From Octopus sinensis (taxonomy: Eukaryota): a DNA stretch of 64,000 nt. The stretch covers positions 65,286,001 to 65,350,000 of the forward strand of contig NC_042999.1 of assembly GCF_006345805.1 (NCBI RefSeq), read 5' to 3'. Made by a program: the position numbers and the translations under genes. Positions within the stretch are counted from its first letter, which is position 1. The number at the start of each line of letters is the position of its first letter. This document shows, one piece after another, positions 39,866 through 52,240 of this stretch. The notes below the pieces were generated by a model. The model ran no database searches, was not told the origin of the DNA, and saw only the letters and a program-made list of their open reading frames with translations.

Positions 39866-41907
39866 CCATAACCTTCGTCGAAGTCGCACATGTTTTTCTT
39901 TTGGCGGAGCGTTTCTGCTGTTTGATGTCACGTCTTTCGTCGTGAAATATTGAACTTTGAGGCTCGACTACAGGTAGGCGTCTGTTGTATTTTTTTTTAG
40001 GGCTTAGTGGAGTTTGTTACCCTGCAATTAATAATTTTTTGGTGAGCAACAGACTCCACTCTGCTCCGGACATTTTCCTGTCTGTGGTCGAGCGTAAAGA
40101 CTCACTTTGCAGTGAGAATTGTGTTTTTGAGGACGCGTAGTCCCTCCGCAAAAATTAATTTGTTTGAAATTGTCTTTGTGTTTTCCACTGGATTTACCAC
40201 GGAGTACCAAGGATTACCGAGGACTGTTTTTACAAGATATTTTACCAATTGAACATTTGGCCAGGAGTACCTTTTTCGGCCGAAAAATTGATTCCTTTGT
40301 CTGGATTTGAACTCTATTCTTCGAGCTATCGTTTATTTTAAAAAAAAAGGACTATTTTGAACTGTTATTTTTATTTTATTTCTTCTCTTCTGTTGTGTTT
40401 TTCCCTGATTCCTTTTTGTGTCTTATTTAATTTTCTTACATTTTGAACTGTATTGAACTTTGTATTGAAATGGCAAAGGAATTTCTCGTGTGGGACTTGA
40501 CACCTCCCAAAAAATATTTAAAAGAGTTGGAAAGGAAGACCGTGGTGATGAGGACTTATTCGAAGTCGCTCGACACCATAGCCGTCTTCCCGAAGGCCAC
40601 AATTTTGAACGAGCTGGCGGACTACATGCCAGCCGTTAAATTTGTCTCACGGGGAGTGAAATATGCAACAGTCTGGTTGCTATTTGACTCCTCACAAGAA
40701 GCTTGCGACTTCGCAAGCCAGCCCCTTGAGGGCAAAGAAATATTGTTTCTCCCAATTTATATGGGAAAAAAATTATTGAAAGCTTGGATCTGCGGCCTGC
40801 CACCCGGAGTTGAGCCCGAGTGGATAGAGGACTCTATCCGCCGGGGTCTGGGTGGTAGCAGTGCCAAGCTGCTGAATGTAAAAGTATTGTCTGCGGCTGA
40901 TTGGGAGGGGTCGAAAGCTGTTTTGACCCTATGGACCCAATCAGCCGAAAGTCTGGGTTTTCCAGATTTCTTGAGGATGGCCGGGTCCAGGTATCCGGTG
41001 ATGCTGTCACCTGTGCCTGGAGACCGGTCACATTAAGAAGAACTGCCCCAGGGACCAAAGTAGGATCCTGGAGCAGTCAATGGTGGAATCTCTCCCTGCT
41101 CTCCCAATAGAGGGAGAGAAACAGAAGAATAACGAGGAAGTTGCTACATCCTCAAAGAGAAAAAGAAAGGTGGGCAACAATGGTGACCCACCGAAAGACC
41201 CGGGAGCTGCGGGAGAAAAAGAGGACCCGTTGTGTGCAACACAGGAAACTCAACCTTCCGCGGCCCAGCAAAAAGAGAAAAAAAGGAAAAAGAGCAACGG
41301 GACGCCGCCGGCGGATTGTGACACGCAGACGGTGTCTCCCGAGCCTCCTCATGCAGATGTGCCACCGGAGGTCAGTTATGCGGGCCTCTTCCACAAAGGA
41401 GGGACCATTGAAAATTAAATAAGGAAAATGAAAAGGAGGGGCCAATGGGAGGGACTTCAGTCCTTCACGGAAGACCCTGAGTGGCCTTCGCAGGTAGCTG
41501 TGGAGGTCCTATGGGAAAGTGATCTGTGCAGGATCGCGAATTCCGTCCCGGCGGACACCTATGGATTTGTACTCGTGTGGTCTTGCCTGGAACCGGCTGA
41601 GTGCTTCAATGAAGCAAGAACGCTGGTCGGCCGGGTGACCTGAACTTTTTGTATATTTGAAGGAACATTGTATTATTTTGAAACCTGAACTTTCTGTATA
41701 TTTTAAAAGAACATTGTAACAGGTTCATTGCCTCATTATGATTTTTTGAAAAAAGAACATTGTTTTAAAGAAGCGGAAATCGGCGGGCGCTTTCGTCTTC
41801 TCCCATCATCACCTTCGTTCCATCACCATCATTCATACCATTAATGTCTATGTCCAGCCCGAAAAGCTACATCTGTGTAATGCCCCTGTGGCAAATTAGA
41901 TAAAATA
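39866..41907 (+). mobile_element. ORF1-only Tx1/L1-type retroelement (HAL1-like), 2.04 kb
   Basis: Flanked by AAGTAGCTTGCT at 39854-39865 and 41908-41919; about 600-nt 5' UTR, one gag-like ORF, about 260-nt 3' UTR; no APE or RT sequence. Confidence 0.75.
40470..41643 (+). pseudogene. Tx1/L1-type ORF1 (gag-like) with CCHC zinc knuckle
   Basis: MAKEFLVW...FLPIYMGKK..AWICGLPP; +1 frameshift near 41003 into CHLCLETGHIKKNC (41005-41046; C-X2-C-X4-H-X4-C); basic low-complexity tract; TAA at 41416-41418, same frame open again to 41643. Confidence 0.8.
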
Positions 41908-42063
41908 AAGTAGCTTGCTTCTGAACCACATACATGGTTCCATGTTCAGTCTCACTGCGTGACACCTTGGGCAAGTGTCTTCTACTATAGCCTCGGGCCG
42001 ACCAAAGCCTTGTGAGTGAATTTGGTATACGGAAACTGAAAGAAGCCAGTCGTATATAAGTAT

Positions 42064-42333
42064 GTTAGTTAGTTAGTTAGTTAATTTGGCTCAAAAGCAA
42101 ATAGCAAGGCCATGTAGGGGGACATGGAGTTAAGTACAGGGTGGTGTTCATGTAAAGAGTTCAGGCCACTTGAGGTCCAGGGAGGCTTTGAACAAAGCGG
42201 TCGTCGGCATCTTTACCATCTCGTCTGGCAGCTTGTTCCACGGATCCGCAACCCGGACGGAGAAACTCCTCTGCTTCGATTGAGATGAAATCGTCGCAGG
42301 TAGAGCTTTTCGGAATGACCCCGCAGCCGACGC
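42064..42333 (-). mobile_element. CR1-like LINE 3' end with (TAAC)n tail
   Basis: RGHSEKLYLRR.../FSVRVADPWNKLPDEMVKMPTTALFKASLDLKWPELFT* (stop 42148-42150), short UTR, TAAC tail. Confidence 0.85.
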
Positions 42334-43099
42334 TGTGTGTCCGTGTTTGTCCCCCCAACATCGCATGACAACCGATGGTGGTATGTTTACGTGCCCGTAA
42401 CTTAGCGGTTCGGCAAAACAGAGCGATAGAATAAGTACTAGGCTTACAAAGATTAAGTCCAGGGCACGATTTGCTCGACTAATGGCGGTGCTCCAGCATG
42501 TCCACCGACACATGACTGAAATAAGTAAAAGAGTACGTTAAAATCTCCTACTCTACCACACCTAACTCGGGATTAATAATCGCCACCTCTAACAGACGCA
42601 AAGTACAACGCCAGCCCTTGGAACCTGCAATTTCACACACTGCACTCCATATTAAAACACCTAGTGGCAGTAATATAACCCTAAATAACACAACTCTACT
42701 AAATAATACAGGCTTAATGCGTCTCCCTACAATTTCATCCACGTGACCACGTATACTAATAGTGTTGTTCCACCCAATCCAATACTGATACAGACTGTAT
42801 TTCAGGTTGTCTTTCATTAATAATGAACCACTGGAATTTTAACTTCCCAGTGGTAAACTCCAAACGCAGAGCAGGTAGGAAAACCTGCATTTGTCGAGTT
42901 TTGTTACTATGCTCTCTTGCAGAGCATCATGTCCTCCACATAAAAAGGTTTTCAAAGCCCAGCAACACTATCGGATCATTCTGCATAATTTTTCGCACAA
43001 TTCCACCCAGACGTTTGACCATGCATCCCAAGACAAGAAAGAATCGCCCATGTCAAATTTATATGTATGTATATATATATATATATATATATTGCATGG

Positions 43100-43352
43100 T
43101 CGGGTCGTCGGCGACTAAACCGGCAACCCCTCCAAGATTGCTTAGTGAGGAGGGTGTTTATTGGACACCCTCCGGGATGAAAAAAAAACCGTCAAAGGGC
43201 GGAGGAACTCTTGAGAGTGAACCGCCATCCAATAAATGTCTTAAGGTTGTATCATGCGCGGGGACATAGAAATAATCGGTTTGAATACCCGATCGCGCGG
43301 TTAAACCATTGGGAGTGAAGGACTCCTAGCCTTTGTTAGGGCATCCTTCTAG
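43100..43352 (+). mobile_element. Probable RTE-like 5' UTR fragment between (TA)n runs
   Basis: GC-rich island; GTTAGGGCATCC..CTAGGAGAA resembles RTE 5' UTRs as I recall them; contains several helices. Confidence 0.45.
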
Positions 43353-43746
43353 GAGAATGTAATATATATATATATATATATAAGATAAGAAAATGGAGAA
43401 ATACATCTAAATCCAATATCAATTACCAGATAATACTCAATCACATACTTTATTAAACCACCACATAATAGACTGTAGGGTTAGATATAAAAAGCAGAAC
43501 AAATCAGTGCACATAAAGGAATGTACATAAAAAAGTGTACATAAAAAGTAATGTATAATAAGTAGAATATATATAAAGGAGAATATAAATATAAGTAAAT
43601 ATAAATATAAGTATAGAATACATCTTACAGCTGTTTCGGTCATGTAGATAAGTATGTATCATTTTACCAATATTAGCCCTTTATGGTAGGTAGGTCAATA
43701 TATAGATATAAATGAGACATTTACAAAAATGTTTGTAAATGTCCCA

Positions 43747-43810
<64 letters not shown>

Positions 43811-44159
43811 TGTGTGTGTGTGTGTGCACGTATATATTTGTGTATGTTAGTGTGTAAGTATTTGTGCGTGTGTGAGTTTATACATGTATGTATTTATGTG
43901 AATGTTACAGTCCCTGTGTCTTTTAGATTATGAGAGTAAGTGCACTATTTCCTGTTTGTCTCTTACTCCTTTGTCGCCTTCAGCTTTCCATGTCGTAGTT
44001 GTCTGTGTAGAGTACGTTACTTAAAATTATCTTCGGGGCATGATTTCTTCTACTAAATGCTGCAGGGTTTATCCCACCATATCCCTAGCCCATTGGCTGA
44101 AACAAGTAACATCTATATGTGTGAAGCAAAACATATACCCGTCTGTTTGTCAGTCTGTG

Positions 44160-44247
44160 TCTATATATATGTGCATATATGCATAGATATATGCGTACAT
44201 GTATATATACATACATACATAAATATATATATATATATACATACATA

Positions 44248-44287
<40 letters not shown>

Positions 44288-44383
44288 CATACATATATAT
44301 ATACATACATATATATATATGTATATAATACATATATATATACATATATATATGTATATACATACATATATATATGTATAACA

Positions 44384-44415
<32 letters not shown>

Positions 44416-44551
44416 CATATATATTATATATATATATATATGTATATACATATATATATATATAAGTATATACATATATATATAACATATATTATATATA
44501 TATATATATATATAATATATATAATATATATACATATATATATATATATTA

Positions 44552-44604
<53 letters not shown>

Positions 44605-45037
44605 TATATATATATATTAATATATATTATATATATTTGCATATGGCTGCATATTAATCAATACCACATTATTACTATTTCCCCAACAATACAGTCCCGG
44701 GATATATTTCTTAATATTAAATGTAAACATGGATATTGCGTAGAGAAAATATAAATAGAAAGGATACATATATAAAAATCATCTTTCCTTTTTCTTTATA
44801 CTCCTATCGCATTTTATCTAATATCTACGTCTACGTATATATTCAATACATTACATTAGATTCGTCAATAAATCATATCTTATTAATAAACCATTTAATA
44901 TCCTCAGAATACTTGGCAGATTATTGTAGATCTCAGTGAGTGTTTGTCTACACTAGTCTTGGTAATCTCCTTTCTTATCAGTTTAACTTTTTTTAGAATG
45001 ATATATGTTTTTGGGAAAATATTTTCAAACCAATACA

Positions 45038-45084
<47 letters not shown>

Positions 45085-45280
45085 ATATATGTATATATAT
45101 ATATATATGTATGTATATATATGTATATATATATATACACACATATATGTATGTATGTATATATATATATAAATATGTGTATATATATACATACATATAT
45201 ATATAAATAACTATGTGTATATATATATATATATACATACATATATACATATATATATATAACACATACATATATATATT

Positions 45281-45311
<31 letters not shown>

Positions 45312-45326
45312 TATATATATATATAT

Positions 45327-45361
<35 letters not shown>

Positions 45362-45483
45362 TTATATATATTATATGTATATATATACATATATATATAT
45401 ATATATTATATATATACACATACATATATATATATTTATATATATATATATGTATATATATATATAATATATATATATATATC

Positions 45484-45514
<31 letters not shown>

Positions 45515-45537
45515 ATATATTATGTATATATATATGC

Positions 45538-45590
<53 letters not shown>
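44160..45590. repeat. Large interrupted (TA)n/(TACA)n microsatellite fields
   Basis: Direct reading; a unique AT-rich stretch at about 44640-45035 interrupts the fields. Confidence 0.95.
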
Positions 45591-45595
<5 letters not shown>

Positions 45596-46759
45596 CCTGA
45601 AAGTAATATGCAGGCATGTTATACATGAACAATAATGAAAATATTGTATTTCTTACAGTATCTGGCAACCTGCCAGTTAAATTATTACTGTGATTTCTCG
45701 GTTTATTCCTATCACATATTACATGGAAATTTTCTGAATCAATTTCATGCAAGGTGTTTCTTTTATGTTTTTGCTGCGTTATATTGGCAATAGTCAGGGA
45801 TGATTTTCTGAAATACGAAACCAATAGTTACTTTTTCTTTTATAACAAAGTCGGTAATATAACTGCACCCTGTATTCTAAAATATACAAATGTTTGAACT
45901 TTCAGCGAAATACCAACAAGATTTTTTTTTTTTTGGCTTTCGAATGTGTGTGTCGTGGAAAGAATGGTAGTACTGAAGTTCCTTTTTAGGGTCTGCAAAA
46001 CTAGGGAAAATGAGGCAGGAAACAAGTTATACTCAAATAGGAGACAGATCAAGATGCTTGCATCAGAGCGAACTTTCTTAAAGATCCCTTTTAAGGAGTA
46101 GTTCTTGATTTTAAATCAAATGGTAAATCCATAACTTTAAATGCACCCGTGAACTATGTAAAAGCTTTAAATATTAATTTCAACGACCACGTACAAGAAC
46201 GTCCATTTCAACGGTGTTCCAAATTTTCTTTCCAATGCTTTGAAGAATACAGACTATAGTAGTCTATAGACCAATATAGACTATGATAGAAGTACCTTAC
46301 ACGTGATGCCATCAAACAGAATTGATAGGATACCGCATGGCTGATAAAAATTAATGCATTGAAGAACGGCTATTGTGGAAAACAAGCAGATGCATCAGAA
46401 TCAGTGGACTTTGGATAAATTAGTTAATTACAAACATTGTATGACACTGGATGTACAACCAGAGTTTTCCTCCCATACACTGCATTCGATGATAACACCT
46501 AGTAATATTATTCAGCTGTGTCTAGTCAACTTATAGCCTTCCTCCATAAACGTGTTGTTTTGTACCATTAGAGAAAATCATATTATTTTAGGACCATATC
46601 GGAGTATTTGAACAGAAAATTAAAATGAAATTGTTGAAGCTAGTTATAAAACACCGCATTATCATAAACGATATTACCCATATTTATCAGTAGATAAATC
46701 CTAAAGTCTTTGGGTATGGCCAGTGATATACAGAGGTCAATTTATGTTACGATAACCCC

Positions 46760-46763
<4 letters not shown>

Positions 46764-46836
<73 letters not shown>
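46764..46836. repeat. (TC)n microsatellite
   Basis: Direct reading. Confidence 0.95.
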
Positions 46837-46839
<3 letters not shown>

Positions 46840-47226
46840 ACGTCCAGTACGTAACTTTTCTGTAAGATCTTTTCTCATACACTTGATGTTGAACATTACC
46901 ACACAGACAAAACGACAAAACCTATTACAGAATGTAACTTTTACTACCAGTTCAAAGGTTATTATTCTAAACAATTCCCACCAGTGTAATAATTGAATGC
47001 TATATAATTTATCAAAATTCTTTTTAACTGATGGCCTTATTGAAAGGAATGTGAAAGAGAAACTTCTATTTCCCACAAGGATTAAAATGAGGGAACCTAT
47101 TTCACATAAGAAGGAAGAACCTCAGTGAAAGGTTATCCTTTATCTTCATTCTGAAATGATTTGTTGTAACATAATATTCGCAAAGGAGACAAACATGTAA
47201 ATTTATAAAATACGGCTTCATTTTAA

Positions 47227-47449
47227 TATATCGCGGTCTTTACGTTCCAAAACCTCCCACAGAAATAATTAAAGTCTAAAAAAAGTATGAATATTTATCG
47301 GCCGCAGAAGCCCAGATATTCTGAGGAGTCCACGATATAAATTTACATATATTAGCCAGAAAAATCCGCGATGTACTGAGTGTGCGATAGGTGAACCGTG
47401 ATGTACTGAGTGCTCGATAGGTGAACCGCGATATGGCGAGGGACCACTG
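47227..47449. mobile_element. Tigger/pogo-like MITE remnant
   Basis: Right TIR (reverse complement CAGTGGTCCCTCGCCATATCGCGGTTCACC) next to TA at 47450-47451; left end keeps only ATATCGCGGT; 30-bp tandem duplication at 47366-47425. Confidence 0.55.
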
Positions 47450-48889
47450 TATCTATATTTGCCACAAGAACATAATTATAACATTAACAATGCTGAATAT
47501 TTTAAAACTGAACTGCAATGTAGTACAGCTGAACATATTTGCTTTCCTATATATATTTCTATCCATTGGGTCAACATAAAAACAAAAACAAAAATAGAAA
47601 CAAAGGAAATACTGAAACAAAAATCAAAAAATCAGTTATAGTCGTTCAACAATGGAAAAATAATAGAATTAGTGAATAATTATGAATAAATGAATGCATT
47701 GTGAAGCCACTTAAAATATAAGAGAATATAAAATATCGACACTGTAATGTTCCTCTTATAGCCTGCCCCCGTATTAAAGAAAAAAAGAAAATGGAAACTC
47801 GTAAAAAATCAATATATCAGCTGGTTATAGAAAAGGATTAAAATACTGATAATACATGAAAGAAAATAGTCTATTCAACCAATCATAAGTCTTCTTTTGT
47901 AAGTGTATTAATCCAATATATTTAAACATATATGATTATACCTCTTACGCTAATTGAATCAGAGGGACAGATTAAAATGACGCGTTTTAAACGCTTTATT
48001 GAATAGAAGAAAGATAAATAGAATTTTAATAGGAGTCTCTGTTTGAAATAATTACATGGAAATTTAATTATCGACAAAGTGAAAAATGAGATCTTAGTCT
48101 TTCTCTGAAATTGCTTTTTTTTTTCTCGTCTCTTTTCTTTTTTGTAAAATGTAATTTAGTACGTATCTCGGTCAGATAATAATGCCAATCACTTCTCAAG
48201 ATCCTTAACTTGCTACTGTTATAACTAATGATAATTAGTACGCCAAATTCTTTCAGGAAAATATATATATTTTTTTTACATATATCTGTGTTATGTTAAT
48301 GTGTGTTCATTCTCGGGTTGTGAATAAGTTTGGACTCCTATCAATTAAAACGAAAATAATGTTGGAGCCGAGATATACACTATAGCTTATATCAGTCTAG
48401 AAGCAGTAGAAATAAAGACAGAAAAAAAGCATCGATTTATTTTGCAGAAGCATCTACAAATTAAATCGAAGTTTCGTCTTGAAAATTGATCTCCGTAACA
48501 TTAAACTTGACGGAGAATATTCATTATAGAGAGACAGTTGCAGATTGTTTGTATGTCCGATAAGAAAATAGATTGAAACGAAAATTCTGAAAAACAAATT
48601 ATACATACTTTAAAATACCCGGCCGCCCCTAGAGAAAATATAATTTTTGTAGTATGTGACATGCTTGAATTACTTGCATGTAATTGGGGATGGACATAGA
48701 CACCCTTATTTCCTCCACTCACATTCGCTCTAGCTTAATATCCAAGATGTTTCAGCAGGAGTGGGAAAATGCAGCAGCAATATGAAGAAACATAAAATCA
48801 ACAACGCATCTCCTCGTCCAGATATTGAACCTACGATATTATGATCTTGTGCGAAACATCTTAGCAGTTTGCCCATGTATCTTCGCTTG

Positions 48890-49025
48890 TTGTAAGATAC
48901 TTCTTTCCCAAACACATGGTTCAAAGTTCAGTCCTACTACATGAAGCTTTGGGCAAGTGTCTATTTACTATAGTTTCAAGCCGACCAAAGCCTTTGGTAG
49001 ACGGAAGCTGAATGATATTCATCAC
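48890..49025 (+). mobile_element. Degenerate SINE family B 5' half
   Basis: CACATGGTTCAAAGTTCAGTCC...TTTGGGCAAGTGTCTA...GCCGACCAAAGCC. Confidence 0.65.
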
Positions 49026-49032
49026 CTACGTA

Positions 49033-49079
<47 letters not shown>

Positions 49080-50380
49080 TGGTGCGAATGGTTTTGTTAT
49101 ACGGCGCCGGGTTTTAAAATGGTGTAAATAATAATGGTATTTACATAAGCCTAAAGCTTATAGCAATCGCCATGGAATGACGAAGAAGAATAGTCTTAAA
49201 AAATAGTCTAATATAAGTCCTCGAGAGAAATTAAGTAGGCTTTCCTATCCGCGTTGGGATAGAGCAGGCATAAGCAGGCATAAGGGCAGGTAAAGGTGTT
49301 TATGTACATTTACACTATGTGATCTGTATCTTTTTGGGTCAAGACCTTCTATATATAGAGGGCTTGACTCTTAGAGTTTCTGTTAATGATTTTCAATATC
49401 ATTTATATAAATTCTAATGTACACATCCTCTGCATTATATATACTATATGTAAATTGGTTTCAAATCTTTGCTGACGATCATCAATTTTAAGAGAGGTCG
49501 GCAGGTCGACTACATCTGCCTCAGTGTTCAATTAGCACATATTTCATCGAAGTACGAAAGGATGAAAGGCAAAGTCCGTCTCGACGAAGTTCGATCGCTA
49601 AAGCTAAAGTACTAGATGAAATACCACTAAGCATTTTGTTCGACTGACAAAATATTCTTCCAGTTCGGCAATATATACAGCATGTATCGTGGGATCAGTT
49701 TTCTAATGGGTGCCAAAATGTTTTTCTTCCTCTTTTGTTTCTCTCCGTCTCTCGTTCTTCATGTGTTTACTTTTCTCTTCTTGCATCTGTCTTTCTCTTA
49801 TCACCCACATGTAGCAGTGTATTAAATCTTATGAAATTGCTACACGTTTCTGTTAGACATTTTCATATACATGTGTACAGACTTTCGAAGACACGTTTTA
49901 CTAATTCAATCTTTCATACGTTAAAAAAACAACCGTCTTTTCTAGAATACTGCAAGAATATTTTCACTAAGACCTGCACATTTCTTAAGGCATATTTCAG
50001 AGAATTTGTTCAAAATTCACGAAAGCCGAAAAAACTTCAAACTGAATAACTGAATAGAATTCAAAACTAGTGACTGACCAACACTGATTTATTATTTTTT
50101 TTTTCGAGGAGACGTTAGATCTTATCTTGAAAAACCCACAGTTGTTGGCTTAGATAGAGTTTGTGTGATAACGTGGTGGATCTAATCTTAAGGAGCTCTA
50201 CAAATAAATGTATTTATGTTTTACATTGAATACAAATTTCTTCATGCTAATTAAACTGGTTAGACTCAAATTCTACGCAACAATAAAAATGTAGGCCGAA
50301 ACGCTAACAGAAACCTGCCACTCAGTCTGCGTGACATGTCAGGTATATTCTTCAACATGCTATCGTCTTAAATAGATACA

Positions 50381-50489
50381 GAACTTATGTCAACATCAAG
50401 ATGCACAAAATGCACAAAAAACACACTATGGGCTCCGTGTGAGCAGTCATCTAAAAGTTTTTTGTGCATCTTGATGTTGACATAAGTTC
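50381..50489. repeat. Perfect 30-bp inverted repeat (50381-50410 and 50460-50489)
   Basis: GAACTTATGTCAACATCAAGATGCACAAAA and its exact reverse complement, 49-nt spacer. Confidence 0.95.
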
Positions 50490-50585
50490 CTTGCTTTTCC
50501 TGATGAGAAAGCGGCATAATATACTCTTTATTCCTTCGCAATTAGGAATATGCAGTCTTCGAAACATATGTCGAAAATAAAGGAA
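50487..50585 (+). ncRNA. Type I hammerhead ribozyme
   Basis: UUCCUU-GC-UUUUC-CUGAUGA-GAA...UUC-GAAA-C(AUAU)G-UC-GAAAA-UA-AAGGAA; canonical GUC site, cleavage after C50572; 7-bp hairpin (50529-50550) inside loop II. Confidence 0.78.
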
Positions 50586-50753
50586 TTTTGTTAATTCGTC
50601 GTTCAACTCCATTCTTTCATATATTTATATTTAAAAAAAAAAACACAAATTTCCACACGAAAGCACGTAACTTCTCTGATGTGAATTTGCTACCCAGGTA
50701 TCGGTTAACCGAATTATCCATACAAGATAATTCATTCAACTACTCAAATATAT

Positions 50754-50811
<58 letters not shown>

Positions 50812-51499
50812 TGTAGTTACTGCTGAATGCCTTTGATTCATAAGTTGCTTAGTCAGAGCTCACATGATACAAACTTACGATAGCTATACCAACAATGACA
50901 TATACACCTCAATAAGTAAGAAATGCTCATTTAATTCAGTTACAGCGGTGGCATTTTGTGTTGAAATGCAATAGAGCTATATTTGCTTGAGCTTTGGTCA
51001 AAGCTGGTTACGATAAACACCAGTAAAAGAAGCAGCAGAAAATTTTCTTTATTTTAGGTGTATATTATGTGGGTTTTTTTCATAATTATTTTCATAATAT
51101 GCTGCGTATATGTCAGCAAATCAACAAAATACGAAAAGCAGTTGCCGGAATATCTGTTGGCTTTCTTTTACCACGGCATAAACATATCCAGAGGATTTCT
51201 GTGACTGAGAAGGAGACACCTACTCCGAAACGCTTGCATCTCGAAGTCTGGAATGGTGGCATTGTGAGTTGGTTTAGGTGTAGTTACACCATCTGTCTGT
51301 GGCGAAAAGATTTCTCCATGACAAACACAGTGAATGGTTTGTTTACGAGTCCGAACTTGCCACTAGTATATTAGAGCTGGTAATAACATTGCATTTATTC
51401 CATTTAGCACTCCCATTCCCTAACTTACATAAACTATGATGTATCATGACGTATCTGCGTATCACCGACAAGACCAACGCTGACAAGTGCCAACAGAAA

Positions 51500-52240
51500 G
51501 GTTGGGGCGATGTTCACAATGGGCTCAGTAGATAGACAGATCCGTCCTACACCTAGCAGCAGGTTTCGACATACATTCACAAGTGAGGAATGTTCCGGTG
51601 CTATACGGCGCGATCAGAAAGATTTCGTCGCTCTGCGTGCATCTCCGGCAAACCCGGGTGACAGCTCTTTGTCCCGAAACAACAATGTTTCCGGATAGCA
51701 AAGCCGGATGGGGATTTCTGGAAAAAATCCATGGGTCCTGGCCTGAAAGTTCTCCATATTTTCGTTTGTTGAGATGCTTGAAATTTTGGTTGATTTGTTG
51801 TGTTGAAGTTGTTTGCAGTTGTGATGGTTTAGCGTGCAAGGGCTTGTGAGGGTTTGTTGGTTTCTGTCATTCCTCTAACCTTATATATATACATGTATGT
51901 GTGTGTGTGTCTGATATTGCCAGTTGTTATTGCTGCTGCAATTCCCATTATTTTGTTCTTGTTTTTGTGCATGTTGGGTTGCTGGTTTTGGGGTGTTACT
52001 GGAATTGTCGGTGGAGGCTCTTTGGCTTTTAGGGCTAAACTACCATTTTTCTTAAGCTCAACTCTCCTTCCTTTGACGGTCTTTCTCCCAGTTACACAGA
52101 TTTATGGCGTTTACCCACCGTTAAATCTGAAGTCATTTAGAGTGTTTAAGGTGTCCTTCCTTTCGTTTTGTCGGTAGCATTTGCTGGTAATGAAAAGGCT
52201 TTCGCTTAACTCTTCTGCCTATGCATGCAGAAGAAACCTT
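51500..52240 (-). other. Possible heavily decayed non-LTR ORF1-like remnant
   Basis: GC-richer island; IVVSGQRAVTRVCRRC loosely resembles the pre-knuckle motif of Tx1 ORF1, but there is no complete knuckle. Confidence 0.25.

Larger units (their letters stand above)
39832..42535 (+). mobile_element. One SINE family B copy split into three parts (39832-39865, 41908-42063, 42334-42535)
   Basis: The parts join into a head-CORE-tail sequence matching the 12966 copy and the 2188 tail. Confidence 0.85.

Noticed and set aside
42548-42817. 89-aa minus-strand ORF in unique sequence
   Set aside because: No motif or convincing splice context recognised; cannot support an exon call without a search.
43100-43270. 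Assignment of the pseudoknot to HDV-like, pistol or twister ribozymes
   Set aside because: No room for P3/L3 between the P1 strands (HDV), no GCG/GU arrangement (pistol), and no L4 consensus (twister).
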